Positions 26,559-41,275 of a DNA stretch of 64,000 nt are shown here, piece by piece; the first letter of the stretch is position 1, and each line of letters begins with the position of its first letter. The translations under genes were made by a program, and so were the position numbers. The DNA is from Octopus sinensis (Eukaryota): positions 197,222,001 to 197,286,000 of the forward strand of contig NC_042997.1 in NCBI RefSeq assembly GCF_006345805.1, given 5' to 3'. The notes beneath the pieces were generated by a model that saw only the letters and a program-made list of their open reading frames with translations, made no database searches and was not told the DNA's origin.

Positions 26559-26683
26559 AATGCCTCGTGCACAGTCACTCTCTCTCTCACTCTCCAAATG
26601 TGTACATTCGACGAAAAGGAAAAAAAAAAATGTGTATGCGTCTATGAGTGTTTCTGCTGATACACGCATACATATACATATGC

Positions 26684-26747
<64 letters not shown>

Positions 26748-26766
26748 CATGCGGTTTTACACACGA

Positions 26767-26800
<34 letters not shown>

Positions 26801-27017
26801 ATACCTGCGGTGCTGTCCTCGACAGTAAGATAAAAATGGAGTTACACAAACAAAAATGGTTAACAATTCCATATTCCCTACGCAATATGCAGCGATGTTT
26901 CTTTGTATTTTTTATGAAACTACGCAAGAAACATGTAAAATACACATGAAACGCTGATGTTTATGACAAAGACGTCACCTATACCTCCCAAGGACATGTA
27001 ACTTACAAAAAAATATA

Positions 27018-27180
27018 GGCGCAGGAGTGGCTGTGTGGTAAGGAGCTTGCTTCCCAACCACACGGTTCCGGATTCAGTCCCGCTGCGTGGCACCTTGGGC
27101 AAGTGTATTCTACTCTACCCTGGGGCTGATCAAAGCCTTGTGAATGGATTTGGTAGACAGAAACTGAAAGAAGCCCGTCG
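27018..27180 (+). mobile_element. SINE A 5' half ending in a TA tract
   Basis: GGCGCAGGAGTGGCTGTGTGG...GAAGCCCGTCG. Confidence 0.9.
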
Positions 27181-27405
27181 TGTGTATATATATATTTATA
27201 TATATATATAACATACAAAATACACAGCACTATAAAGAAAATACAGTACATAGTTTCTTAACTTAGCAACTGTTTAAGGATGATTGGAATTACATAACAA
27301 TCGCAATGTTCGTAATTAGATGGTGGACTGTGCAGAAAGTCTTGGGTATGCATCCTGTATATAGTCATATAGAGCTATTAGTATAAGTTTGTTTTCCTTC
27401 AACAG

Positions 27406-27468
27406 GAGAAAATTGAGTGGTTTGACGTTCCGGCTTTTTCGGACACTGCACCTTATTCCTGAGAAAAG
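27406..27468 (+). CDS. Weak candidate 63-nt exon
   Basis: Strong acceptor GTTTGTTTTCCTTCAACAG| and donor AAG|GTGATA. Reads RKLSGLTFRLFRTLHLIPEK (phase 2) or EKIEWFDVPAFSDTAPYS* (phase 0). Confidence 0.2.
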
Positions 27469-28530
27469 GTGATACACATATCTACACCTACTTGTGGTTT
27501 TGTAGTAAGATTATTGCTTCCGAAGAACATGGCTTCGGATTGAGTTCCACTGCTTGATACCTCGGGAAGTACTTCTTCAAGTAAAGCATTGCAAGTGGAT
27601 TTGCTTCTTTTTTGCAGAAAACACGACGCCTGTTTCTATATATGTGTGCCCGCGCTTGTGCGTTTGTGTATACACATATAGGTGTCCGCGTGTATGTGCG
27701 TGTGTGTTAGTTTCAATTTACGTTTGTTTAAGCTCCAGTAAACTAGCGACGAAAGAAGACCGATAAAATAAATATCAGACTAAAAAAAAATTTATACTGG
27801 GCCCAATTCCTTCGATTAAAACCCTTCTAAGCATTACTCCAGCATGGCCGCAGCCTGAATCGAGTAAAAAAAAAACAGAAGACAAAAATAATAAAAGAAG
27901 CATTTTATCATTAATTTTGTTGCCACTATTGTGACTGCTATTATAATTATAATTATTATTATAATTATCATTATCATTATTATATTATATTATTATTGGT
28001 TTTGGTGTTATTATTATTATTATTGGTGCTGGTGATGTTTTTGTTATAATTACTTCCACCTACCATCCTCCCCTAGCACACTAATCAATGACTCGAGTAC
28101 ATGTTTCATTACAGTAGACAATCGATCAACAACCTTTAGCTTCAATAATTAATTTGCCAAAAATTTATTGACACCGGTTCACCCCACTTAAGCAGAGTTT
28201 TCGGCGCAGCAGAGTGTAACATAGAGGAAGCTGGTTTGCGTCAGAGATACAGCTATGATAACAGACACCAGGGAGTGCACAAGAAAAAACAAATAGACGG
28301 TAGGCAAACCATGTCCTGCGCACAAAAATTTGTTTTGAGACACTTTTTTGAGCTCGGTAAGGAAATATATTGAATTGCGTTCGATTTTAACACGGAAATG
28401 AGTGTAGGTAACCGTAATTTTAGGTATGTACATAGAAGAAAAGAGAAACTAATTTACTCGAGAATTCCTGCAGGAATATTATAAACATGACATGGTGCAA
28501 TATATATATAATATATATATATATAATATA

Positions 28531-28591
<61 letters not shown>

Positions 28592-28871
28592 ATATGTTAT
28601 ATATATATATATATATATATTATGTGAAATAGAAAGATGAATAATCTTGTAGTGGATTAATCAAAAGTTTAAACCGATACCTTAGTAGCAAAAATCACAG
28701 CAGTGAACAGCACGGTTGGAGGTACAACCATCTGGCGTATATATACAGAGAGAGAGAGAGAGAGAGATGCATAATAATCTATTTGTAGAGACATACAAGC
28801 GAGATATTTGTGCTATGTATAAATATATACATATATATGTATGAATATATATATAGATACATACATACATA

Positions 28872-29264
28872 GGCGTATGAGTGGTTGTGTGGTAAGTAGC
28901 TTGCTTATCAACCATATGGTTCCGGGTTCAGTCTTACTGCGTGGCACCTTGGGTAAGTGTCTTCTACTATAGCCTCTCGCCAACGAAAGCATTGTGAGTA
29001 GATTTGGTAGAGGGAAACTGAAAGAATACCTTCGTATATATGTATATATATGTATGTGTATAATTTTTTTTTTTCCCCTAACATCGCTTGAGAACCGATG
29101 CTGGTGTGTTTAGGTTCCCGTAACTTAGCGGTTCGGCAAACGAGACCGATAGAATAAGTACTAGGCTTACAAGGAATAAGTCCTGGGGTCGATTTGCTCG
29201 ACTAAAGGCGGTGCTCCAGCATGGCCACAGTCAAATGACTGAAACAAGTAAAAGAGTTAAAGAG
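28872..29264 (+). mobile_element. SINE A, full length
   Basis: Head, core, internal microsatellite and AAAAGAG tail are present. Confidence 0.9.
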
Positions 29265-29937
29265 TATATCTATATATACATGTATAGATAAGAACATATA
29301 TGTGTGTTACTGTATTCATGTCTATATGTGTGTGTATATGTGTGTGTGTGTGTGTTGTTTGTATGTATATATACTAATTCCTTTCTAATAGAATTCCTGT
29401 TATCTTACTGACAACTAAGGTTTCATGCTGCTGTAAAAGACCGTCTATTCGACTCGCCTTCAAATCAGACATACATTCTGCGTCATTGTAATTGGCGAGA
29501 TTGACACTTATCAAACACACGTAACACACCACACATAAGTACAGACAGACAGACATAAGCACAGACAGATAGTCAGACAGACAGACAGAGACACACACAC
29601 ACACATGTATATCCATACCTAAATATATATGTATGCACAAACATATCTTTGTAAGCTTCTACATGTATATATATTATATATATATATAATATATATATAT
29701 ATAATTTTTTCGTAATGAGATAAAGAAAACCAATGGTGTGTAGATTTTAGCACATTTATCAATACAATGTCTAAAATGTTCTTCTAAATTCTACACAGCC
29801 TTGGTGTTTTTTTTTATCACATTAGGAAAAAAATTTTATATACACACGCTGATATATGACCTAAGTTGGACCCTTTATTCGCATAATAACCAAATCTGGA
29901 CTTAACTATGGTCTATTCACAGCACTTATTCAGTATT

Positions 29938-30015
<78 letters not shown>

Positions 30016-30350
30016 TAAAGATTTGATAAACAGGACTATAAATAAAAAACTGATCCAAAATCTGTGACAAACTAGAACTCTAACAAGTTTCTTTTTTCCT
30101 GGTGTCTGAGTAGATTCTTAGCCGAAGTGAAAATAGCATGGATATTATCTGTCTTCTTACCCTCTTAGAGGATTTAAATAAAATTATAGAAATGTGTCCG
30201 ACTCACTAAATTCATTCTATTTATTTATTTATGCAGCTGAAGATAGCTCTGCATTTAAACTGATGCAATGATTGCATTGTTCAATTAAATGGAGCCGCTT
30301 GAAACGGTCGTACTGCATCCACTCTGAATATCCTGTTGCTTTTTTGTATA

Positions 30351-30430
<80 letters not shown>

Positions 30431-31185
30431 TACAACTAAGGAAGTAAATTTCGGGTGAAGTATATCTGTTTAAACATCAAATAAAGATTGGGTATTTACC
30501 CTCGGAGGACCGTAAGTGTCTACTGATATAAACATATGTATTTGCCTGTATATACGTATATATGTATACGTACACGCACAGAAACGGGACATATAAACAG
30601 AGAGATATTATGTAAATATGTGTATATATGCGTATTATTGCTTATATCGGACCAATATATCTATCATGAATAGTTGCTCAAAGCAATGGACAGCTGGATG
30701 CCTTGACTGCCGCCCACACAAGCACGTGCTTTTAACGTTAAGAGTTTTAAGCTGCTTACTGTCTACCCAGGCCATAGTTATTCTTCTAGAAAATTCTAGT
30801 AAATAATCTCACGTAATACCCAAATAATAATCTTGAACATTATGTCCTTCGTATGTAGTCTTCATTTTTATGCTTATTTATCGATCGTTGAGATCAGAGA
30901 CTACCATCTGGTGTCCTAGCATTAGATAACAAAAAAAAAAAATTATGTTAAACTTTCGCCATTTTGAATCTTCATAGAGCTTTTAAATTTTCCTGCCAAA
31001 TTTCTACGTTTATCCTCCCCAGTTGGCTTCAGCGTTTTATTAAGATCGACCCACGTATTGATTAAAAACCGAATTCTACTTTCACTTTCTTTGATATGTA
31101 AATTTTCAGAAAGGAACAATGCAATTAGCTCTCGTTCATTGTATTGATTATACGCACACACAAACACACGTGCGCATATACACAC

Positions 31186-31252
<67 letters not shown>

Positions 31253-31262
31253 CATACATACA

Positions 31263-31346
<84 letters not shown>

Positions 31347-33592
31347 ATATATATACATTATGTATGTATTGCGGCATAATAGCCAGTTGTTAAAACTCAA
31401 TAAATATATGCTTTAGAATAAATCTGTCAGAGCGTAGCATAATATTAATATTGAATGACAAGGGAACGAGAATTACGTAAGCAACTTCACTAGCTTTCAG
31501 TCTTTTCTGCTATGAAATGCAGAGCGTGCAGAGCTGGGAGCCTGTGCAACATCTTATGGCATCCTTAGTGTTCTTAACATGAAATGTATGTTAATTTCGA
31601 CTTTAAATGTTTTCCGAAATAACCATAGATTTTATGAGCTATAAGACGATGCACAAGAGCTCAACCTTGAATGCAATGTTTTTTTTTTCGTAGCAGAAAC
31701 AACAGTCATCTATTGAGCATAATCCTGTAATTCTCGTTTGTCTGTCATCATTAGTTGATATTACGCTCTATAGTAGCCGAGCGCTTTATCCTAAAGGAGA
31801 CATATATTTTGAACAATTGATTATGAGTATCATGATGTATGTGTGTGTGTGTGTGTGAGTGTGTGTGTGTTAGTGCATGTGTGTGTGTGTGTTTGTGTTT
31901 GTGTGTGTGTGTGTGTACGTGTGTAATCAATGAGGTAAAATTCGACATCTAATCAATATGGCTGTAATTACTGAAAGATAATTAACTCCAAATACATTGT
32001 TGTATTATTGCTTTCTTAGGAAATTCAGTATTTTTTTTCGAACTCAGCCTGAGACGAAAGTACATATTTAATGTGAGTGTATCGGATGATGATCAAAGAT
32101 GTATCCAAGACTAAAGTCTTAGCCGCATTTTGTTCTGCCGAGGTCGACTCTACTTTTCATCCTTTCGGGATAGACAAATTAAGGACCAGTTGCATATTGA
32201 GGTTGATCGAATCGACTGGTCGCGTCCCCGAAAATTTCGAGCTTTGTGCCTAGGGTAGAAAATAGTATGTTCCACATTTTTAAGGCGGTGAGCTGGCAGA
32301 AAAGTTAGCATGCCGGGTGAAATGTTTAGCAGTATTTCATCTGTCTTTACGTCCTGAGTTCAAATTCCGCCGAGGTCGACTTTAGCCTTTCATCCTTTTT
32401 CATCCCCAGTTGCGTACTGGGGTCGATCTAATCGACTAGCCCACTTCCCAAATATTTCGAGCCTTGTGCCTAGAGAAGAAAATAATATAATAAGTACTAT
32501 TTGAACACTGGGGCCAATATTATCGACTTGTCTCTTCTCCGGAAATGGCTGACTTTGTGCCAAAATTTCCAACCAGTAAAAATGTACGACTTCTAGCCAA
32601 CGAGCTGGCAGAATTGTTCACGTACCTTTCATTCTTTAGGGGGTCATTAAAATAAGTTCTAGTCGAACACAAGGGTCGATGTAATCAACGTAACCCCTCC
32701 GTCCAATTTGCTGGCATTGTACCATAATCTGAATCTCATATACAAGTATTTATTTGATGAGAAGATTAATTGTCTTGGAAAATTATCGTCTCTATAAGAG
32801 TTACGCATCTCAGAACGTTAGATATTTTATCATTGTCGAATCATAAAATTCTAGTTTTAATCTTCATCTTCATCAGAAGTAAAGATGCCCCGAAGAAAGA
32901 TTTGTCTTGTCTTTCATAGATATTCTGGTAAAAGACATTAGGACCACTTAAAAGAATTACCGGTTTTTACTGCGAGGAATTACACAAGTTGTAATAGCTT
33001 CAAATACTTCGCTGATTGCGCTGATGAACGCAGCGCTAGTTAACGAATTGATATGGTGAAACATTTAGTAGTCTACTAGAAAATGCTACGCTTCTTTCTC
33101 AAGTCAACGACGAGGCATTTACACAATGGAAAAACCTTGCAAGAAATAATAGCCAAATATACGTCAAATCACTGTCTATTGTTTAAAATTTTCTTTAAAT
33201 GTAAGCAAAACGCACGCGTAGCTGTGTGGTAAGAGGTTTACTTCCAAACCACATGGTTCCGGGTTCAGTTCCATTGCGAATACCTTAGGCAAGTATTGTC
33301 TCCTATAGCCTCAGTTCGATCAAAACTTTCTGAGTGGATTTGGTAGATGATGGAAACTAAAAGAAGCCTCTCATACATACGTATGTGCGTGTGTGCGTAG
33401 GCGTATGTGTGTCTGTGTTTAACACCCACCACCGATAGACAACCGGTGTTGGTATGTTTACGTCTCCGTAACTTAGCAGTTCAGGTAAAAGACCGATAAA
33501 ATAAGCATCGAGCTTTAAAAAAACATAAATGCCATTCGATAAAAAGTTGTGCCCCAGCAAGGTCGCAGTCAAATGACTGAAACAAGTAAAGG

Positions 33593-33948
33593 AGAAATAA
33601 ATTAAAAGTACTCAGAGAGCGCAAACCTCCGCCAAGGCAAAACCAACGTCCTCTCAACGATTAGCCGATGATTTTTAAAATGAGAATATCTGAAATAAAC
33701 TCGACTGCTCTCACAAACGACAATACTAAAAATGAAACCGACTGCTAACAAAACAGGAAATATAATCCAGAATTCTTGTCTGGTACCAGATCGATCTCAT
33801 AATCAAATCAGTTTGTTCCAGTCACGAAGCCAAACACCCCTGAAAGTTTCATCCGAATCCATCCAGCGGTTCTAGAGATTTCTTGTCCACGGTCAAACAA
33901 ACACCACTGTAAACAATACATCCGTCTTCGCTAAGGCGGAGGTAATAA
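33593..33948 (+). mobile_element. Helentron-associated (HINE/DINE-1-like) non-autonomous element
   Basis: Subterminal inverted repeats ACCTCCGCC (33625-33633) and GGCGGAGGT (33935-33943), a short stem near the 3' end and A/T-rich ends. Confidence 0.55.
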
Positions 33949-34963
33949 TGGGGTCCTAAATACATTATATCTGTTGGTCATGGCTGGAATGACATTAAGA
34001 ATAGATCTGGTCGATTAGTGCACGTCTGGAGCCATTTAACAAAACACCGTCTGTGACGTCAATGATCCAGTAAATGAGGTTCAAATCTCATCAGGCTTCA
34101 CTGTCCCTTTCTTTGCTGTAGATCGATATGTCCAATGGCAATGCATTTTATGTGATTTGATCGATGATACCAATCCCTCTAAAAGTAGGACTGCTACAAA
34201 AGGAATCAATACATGTATTATATCTCTCATATGCTAAAGTGACAATGGAAGTTAACTGATTAATTTCATGTAATCTGTCAGATCAATAGATGAGGGATTA
34301 GTCGTATATACTTCAAAAGGTTACTTCATAAATTACTTGTAATTCCAAGTTAATTATATTTCAGCAAACGAAACCCATATTAACTTACATGTGTGTGTGT
34401 ATGTGTGTGTGCATTTGTATGCGTTTCAATGTGTGCATGTCGATATGAACGTCCATGCATCTGTGTATGCGTTCGTGCATGTCCCTACGTATGGATATGT
34501 GTGTATGAAAATGTATATCCATCATCTAAGAATGTGTCTGTATATGTGGATGCATGTATATCAGTCTGCCTTTCTGTTTGACTATCTGCCTGTCAATCTT
34601 GCTGTATTTGTGTATATGTGTACGTATGCGTGTGTGTATGTGTATCTATGTATATTATGTAATATATGTATATGAGAGCCTTTGTAGGCAAAACGAAAAC
34701 GGAAGTTTCTTCATAAATTATTTACGTCATCTTACATATATTTCATTAACAACAATGTCCCTTATATATAGATTGTATTATCAAATGTTCAGAACAAACT
34801 TACCGCTTGAAAATATGCTTCTACTTTATAATGGACCCAAGAGAGTGTTCATAATGTGTGGCATATTCTCTCATTTATGCACACACACAAACACACATAC
34901 ATGTATGTATGTGACGATTGATTTGTATAATTATATACAATACTTCTAGAATATATATGTATG

Positions 34964-34994
<31 letters not shown>

Positions 34995-34996
34995 TA

Positions 34997-35038
<42 letters not shown>

Positions 35039-35424
35039 ACATGAATATATATATATATATGATTATATATATATATTTGTACAGAGATAGATAGATAGAT
35101 AAGGATAAAATATCCAGGGTAGGGTTGACCGTTCGAGCACTCAGTTATAATCGAAGTTATATAATACCGCATCGAGGTGTAAGGAGCACCTAGGATTATT
35201 CGTACTAAGCAATCCCAGTATATTCCATCTAATGCGTAAATACTGGGTCAGCTTCGCTCGATTATGAATAATTTACCGAGAAATACCCAAGAAAATTGCA
35301 ATGAATACTGAGATTAATGCATCTGCATACTTTTTAATTGATGCACTAATCTCCGTATTCTCCGTAAATCTCAGAGTATTTGTCACACACACACACACGC
35401 ATATATATATATATATGCATATAT

Positions 35425-35473
<49 letters not shown>

Positions 35474-36160
35474 TGTGGGCACAGGACGTCATGCAATGTG
35501 TACGACAAAAATACGAAGTACGAGTACATGGAATATGAACCATTTTTTCGAACAACGAAAGACACAAATGCAAAACAAGACAAACACCAAAAATAACGAC
35601 CCTTCATCAGTTGTTGGCTATTTTTCTACTCGCGTATTTCGAACATTTAACGACAAGATACGCTTTCGATAAAACAGTTGCTCATGCAAGGCAAATTAAA
35701 TAACACTTGCGATTTTGCGGAGGGTCAAAATTAGTAACAGAGACAGCCCAGATGTATCTATCTATCTAAGCCTATACGAGGTTGTGGTGACGAACGCGTA
35801 AATCAACCTTGGACAGGAGACAGACAAGAATACGTCTTCCTTGATCCAGCTACAACGGAGAGAAAGAAACACATGTTAGGAGAAGATGGCCGATGGTCAC
35901 GTGGGAGCCACGTGAGCAAGGGAGGAAGAGTGAGGGAGAGAGAGTGACAGACAGAGAACTGTGAAGGGGTGATGAGAAAATTAAGATAGGATAAGAGAGA
36001 AAAAAGGCGGAGGAGGAGAAGTGGGGAAGAAGAATAAGAGAGGAAAAAAAACAAAGAGTAATAGGACAGAATAATGGGAGAAGGGGAGGTAAAAGAATAA
36101 AAGAGAGAAAGAGAGAAAAACATAAGAGTAAAAAGATATATATAAATATATATATATATA

Positions 36161-36196
<36 letters not shown>

Positions 36197-36222
36197 CTGC
36201 ATGTGTGTGTGTCTGCATGTGT

Positions 36223-36528
36223 GGAGGCGCAATGGCCCAGTGGTTAGGGCAGCGGACTCGCGGTTGTCGGATCGCGGTTTCGATTCCCAGACAGGCATTG
36301 TGAGTGTTTATTGAGCGAAAACACCTAAATCTCCACGAGGTTCCAGCAGGGGGCGGTGGCGGTCCCTGCTGTACTCTTTCGCCACAACTTTCTCTCTTTC
36401 TTCTGTTGGCCTGCTCGCTTAGGCAGCGGGGTGGCGTCATTTGAAGGCTAAAACAATGCGAAGCGCATTGTGACCAGCGATGTGTAGCAACATCTGATAG
36501 CCTGGTTCATCACAGGGATCACGGTGAT
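36223..36528 (+). mobile_element. SINE B head with tail type 2
   Basis: GGAGGCGCAATGGCCCAGTGGTTAGGGCAGCGGACTCGCGG...GGTTTCGATTCC; tail GCGCATTGTGACCAGCGATG...CACGGTGAT. Confidence 0.9.
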
Positions 36529-37751
36529 ATATATATATATATGTTAGCGCTCATGTTTTTACAACCATATTAGATTTCAGATTCAAACTAAACTCCTCGC
36601 TGCTGCACAAAGCTGTTATGCCCGGTTGCATATACAACTGCACATACTCTGTGTAGCGGAAACACGTGTAATTCATCGTAACCATAAAATATGGTGGATG
36701 ACATACCGTAGAATAAAAGGGAATAAATTCTGAGGATGTACCAGTCCCTGTATTCTCTATCGTTATAATTATTTATTACAGTGATTTGACTGCGGCCATA
36801 CTGGAGCACGACCATTAGTCGAACCTAGCGATTCGGCCAAAAATAACTCATGGGGTGGATTTGTTCGACTAAAGGGGGTGCTCCAGCATGGCCGCGGTCA
36901 AAAGACTGAAAGAAGTAAAAGAAAAGGAAATATATGTATATTAATGTGTGTGTGTTTGTGTGCATGAGTGTGATTGCTGTACTGTGTGTGTGTGAGTGTG
37001 TGTGTGTGTGTGTGTGTTGGTGCTGTGTGTGTGTTGTGTGTATGTGTTCTTGTGCCCATGTGGCGCCAGTGACGTTTCAACTCAGGTGAGTCAACTGGAG
37101 ACAACGTGAAATAAAGTGTCTTGCTCAAGAACACAACACGCAGCCCGGTCCGGAAACCGACATAACAATCTCGACTGTAAGCCCAACATTCAAACCGTTG
37201 AATTATGTCCATATATATATATACAGGCACTCAGATTCACACAGACACAGACACAGACAGGCGTGGCTGTGTGGTAAGAGGCTTGTTTCCCAACCACATG
37301 GTTCCGGTTTCAGTCCCACTGCGTGGCATCTATAGACACGGGCCCACAGAGTCTAGTGAGTGGATTTGGTAGACGGAAACAGAAAGAAGCCCGTCGAAAG
37401 AGTCCGATAAATTTAGTACTAAGCTTACAAAGAATAACTCCTGGGGTTGATTTGTTCGATTAAAGGTGGTGCTCCAGCATGGCCGCAGTCAAATCACTGA
37501 CACAAGTAAAATAATAAAAGAATAAAAGAGTATTCTTTTATTCCTGTATTATTTTACTAGTTTCAGTCATTTGCCTGCGGCCATGCTGGAGCACCGCCTT
37601 AAAAGTTGTTAGCTGAAGAAATTGCCCCATATAAGCCTAATATATATTCTCCTGGAATCTATAGCCGAACCACCAAGTTACGGACCGTAAACATGCCAAC
37701 ATCGGTTGCCAAGCGATGGTAGGGAAACACAGACACACAAATACATAATTA

Positions 37752-38790
37752 TTTCTACGCCGATGCTATGTGGTGTGTGTTTGTCTCATTTGGTCGAAGT
37801 CGTATGACAACCATCGTTATATTTATGTTTTGTTATTCATTTGTTTTCAATTTCGTTTTCGTCTCTTGTATTACATCCGTCTTGTGCGTTCACATTCCTG
37901 TCTTCTACCAGAAATCTAATGCTTATAGCTTAGTTTTTTTCTTGGGGCTGGCCGAGTTGGAGCAATATAAGAATTGAACAGCCGAAATTTGCTATGATGA
38001 TTCGGTGTCTGACTGAAGATTGAAGGCTTCGAATGATTTGTCTGTGGTTCCGTGTTCGTCCCTTCCTGTATTTCACGTTCATTATATATAAAACATTCAT
38101 TCGTATATTATTGCGGCGTTACGTGCACCCCCCCGTTTGTTTGTCCAATTTTAAACCCTGCACGACTTCTATAACACTGTCTTTTACTACCCGCATTGCT
38201 TCTTCACCAAACTTTTTGGCGCCCTCCGATTCTTCCCTCTCTTCCTCCCCCCTCCTCCCATCCTCCTTAATCCCTTCTTTCTTCCTTTTCTCTTGGTCAC
38301 TGATTCTGTCCCCTGCCTTCCAGCCTCTTTGATTCCCTCTCTCTCTGTCCTCTTTTCTCTCTCTCCTGCGACCTGCTGCTTCTTAAACCATTCTGTTGGC
38401 TTCGTATCTCGACCAACATGTGTCCCCGCTACCGAAACGGTATATTTTCTACGCCAGCTATGTGTTGTTGTGTTTTTGTCTCATTTGGTCTAAAGTCGTA
38501 TGACAACCATCGTTATATATGTTTTGTTTTATTCATTACTGTTTTCAATTTCGTTTTCGTCTCTTGTATTCACATCCGTCTTGTGCGTTCACATTCCTGT
38601 CTTCTACCAAGAAATCTAATGCTTATCGCTTAGTTTTTTTTGGGGCTGGCCGAGTTGGAGCAAATATCAGAATGAACAGCCGAAATTTGCTATGATGATT
38701 CGGGTTGGACTGAAGATTGAAGGCTTCGAATGATTTGTCTGTGTTCCGTGTTCGTCCCTTCCTGTATTTCACGTTCATTATATATAAAAA
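37752..38790 (+). repeat. Two ~340-bp direct repeats (period ~694 bp) around a pyrimidine-rich spacer; partial-tandem retroelement-like
   Basis: TTTCTACGCC...GTATGACAACCATCG...CTGAAGATTGAAGGCTTCGAATG...TATATAAAA recurs at 37752 and 38446 with moderate divergence. Confidence 0.85.
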
Positions 38791-38833
38791 ACATACATTC
38801 TTACATATATATATACATACATACGTACATATA

Positions 38834-38864
<31 letters not shown>

Positions 38865-39037
38865 AAATGTATATACATATATATACAAAATAATATATGT
38901 ATATATATATAAATATATAATATATATAAATAATTATATATATATACATACATATATACATATATATATGTATATAATATATATATATAATACATAATAT
39001 ATACATATATATATATATATACATATATACATATATA

Positions 39038-39151
39038 ACCAAACCGTTGTGAGTGGATTTGATAGACGGCAACTAAAGGAAGCTCGTCGTATATAAAATA
39101 TATATATATGTATGTATGTATATATATATATATATAAATATATAATATATA

Positions 39152-39202
<51 letters not shown>

Positions 39203-39740
39203 ACATATTATATATAATATAGTATGTATACATTTATATTTATATATATGTATGTACATATATATATGTATATATGTATGTATACATATATATATATGTT
39301 ATATGGATATCTATATATATATATACATATATATATATATGTATATATGTATGTATATGTATATACATACATATATATACTATATATATGTATATAGATA
39401 TATGAACATATATACATATATATATATGTATACATACATATATACATATATATATGCATACATACATATATATATATATGTATACATACATATATATATA
39501 TATATGTATACATACATATATATATACATATATATATATAATATATATATATATATGTATATATATATACATACATACATTATATATATATACGACGAGC
39601 TTCCTTTAGTTTCCTTCGTCATCAATACAACTCCACAACGGTTTGGTTGGCCTGAGGCTTAATAGAAGACACTTGCCCAAGGTACCACACAGTGCGACTG
39701 AACCCGGGACCATGTGGTTGGGAAACCAGCTTCTTATTAC
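39038..39740. repeat. Inverted pair of SINE A 5' halves around a ~500-bp (TA)-rich tract
   Basis: CCAAACCGTTGTG...AACTAAAGGAAGCTCGTCG occurs on + at 39038 and on - ending at about 39650. Confidence 0.85.
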
Positions 39741-40339
39741 ACACACACACACGGCTACTTTTATAGCTATTCCCAACATTCTCCATCTTTTCTATATTTG
39801 TCTGTGTCTTGTCTGTCTCGCTCGCTCAGTCGCCAGCTCTTTCTTCTTTCTTTCACTGGATATTGATTCTCATACTTGCTCTACATGCTAATGTTTACAT
39901 TTTACAACTTGCCAAACAATTCCAGCCTCTATTTCTCTGCAAACAGCGGCGTCGGCTTCTGTCCAGCACATATAGAAGATATGGAAACACGTCCCGTGCA
40001 CTCATACACCAAACACACACTCAAACAAACACACACACAGACAGAGAACTATACAAACGCAAATGCACAAGCTCCCACAAATGGACAAACATACCGCCAC
40101 ACGCTTATACAGATCCAAACACAAACAGCAACATTTTAGAGTACTGAATATACACACATTTGGCTATACACACTTCCATAGATACAAAATTGATGGCGTG
40201 ATGACATCTACGTATTTATTTCCTGTATTTGCTCTTCATTGAAAGGAATACAATCCGTCCAGTTGATCAATAGACCGCGATACATACATGCATACATGCA
40301 TACATAGATACATAGATACATGTATATATATATATATAT

Positions 40340-40391
<52 letters not shown>

Positions 40392-40551
40392 ATATGTTGA
40401 GAAGGAGAAAGGAGAATAAATGCACTTATATCGTGATAAACAGAGATAGGTCGTTAGCATGATTGAAATTAAAAGACAAGGGCATGCTCTGCCCCGCTTA
40501 TGATAAACAGATGCATTAATAGATTTAATAGTTATACACAGAGACAGATAA

Positions 40552-40584
<33 letters not shown>

Positions 40585-41119
40585 TAGACAGACAGATAGA
40601 TAGATAGATAGAAGATAGATAGATAGATAGATAGATGATAGATAGATAGAAAGAAATATAGATAGATAGAATTTACTGGTGCGTTAACGATGCTTGTTTC
40701 ACTGTGTCATAAATATTTTCCCACCTTAAATTCAAAACAATATCTCTGTGGACAGAAAATGTTGTAGTGACAAGTTCATATCTTGTCAGGGAGTTAGTAA
40801 TATCTTAGAGTTTCCATAGCGACATAGTTTACAGCAAGGTATTCAATACATTGGAGAAATCGGTTCGAATATAATGCATGTTCTTGTTTATGCAATTGAT
40901 TAATAAATCACCTCTATAGGAAAAGTGCTTGGTCTCTATGGCTATACCGTCTTAGAAAATATACAATTAGTCACTGTATATATGTAAACACCAATTCTTA
41001 TATATTTTGTTATGCAGTAAATACACACCCTTTCATAAACACCCCCCACACACATATATATATATATATAGTTACACACCACACACAGTCATATGTGTGT
41101 GCCATATTATATATATATA

Positions 41120-41196
<77 letters not shown>

Positions 41197-41275
41197 GGTC
41201 CCGGGTTGAGTCGGGGTTAACCACAGTAAATAAGGTACTCAATACATATCAGAGTCAGCAGTAAATTAATTTTTT

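Noticed and set aside
28188-28433. Overlapping open frames on both strands (hydrophobic 81-aa minus ORF; plus-strand frame with GTAAGG donor)
   Set aside because: No recognisable motif, and the splice signals are incomplete on either strand. Cannot be supported without expression data.
32990-33075. CTGATGAACGCAGCG...GAAACATTTAGTA
   Set aside because: The stems do not close a three-way junction; chance motif co-occurrence.
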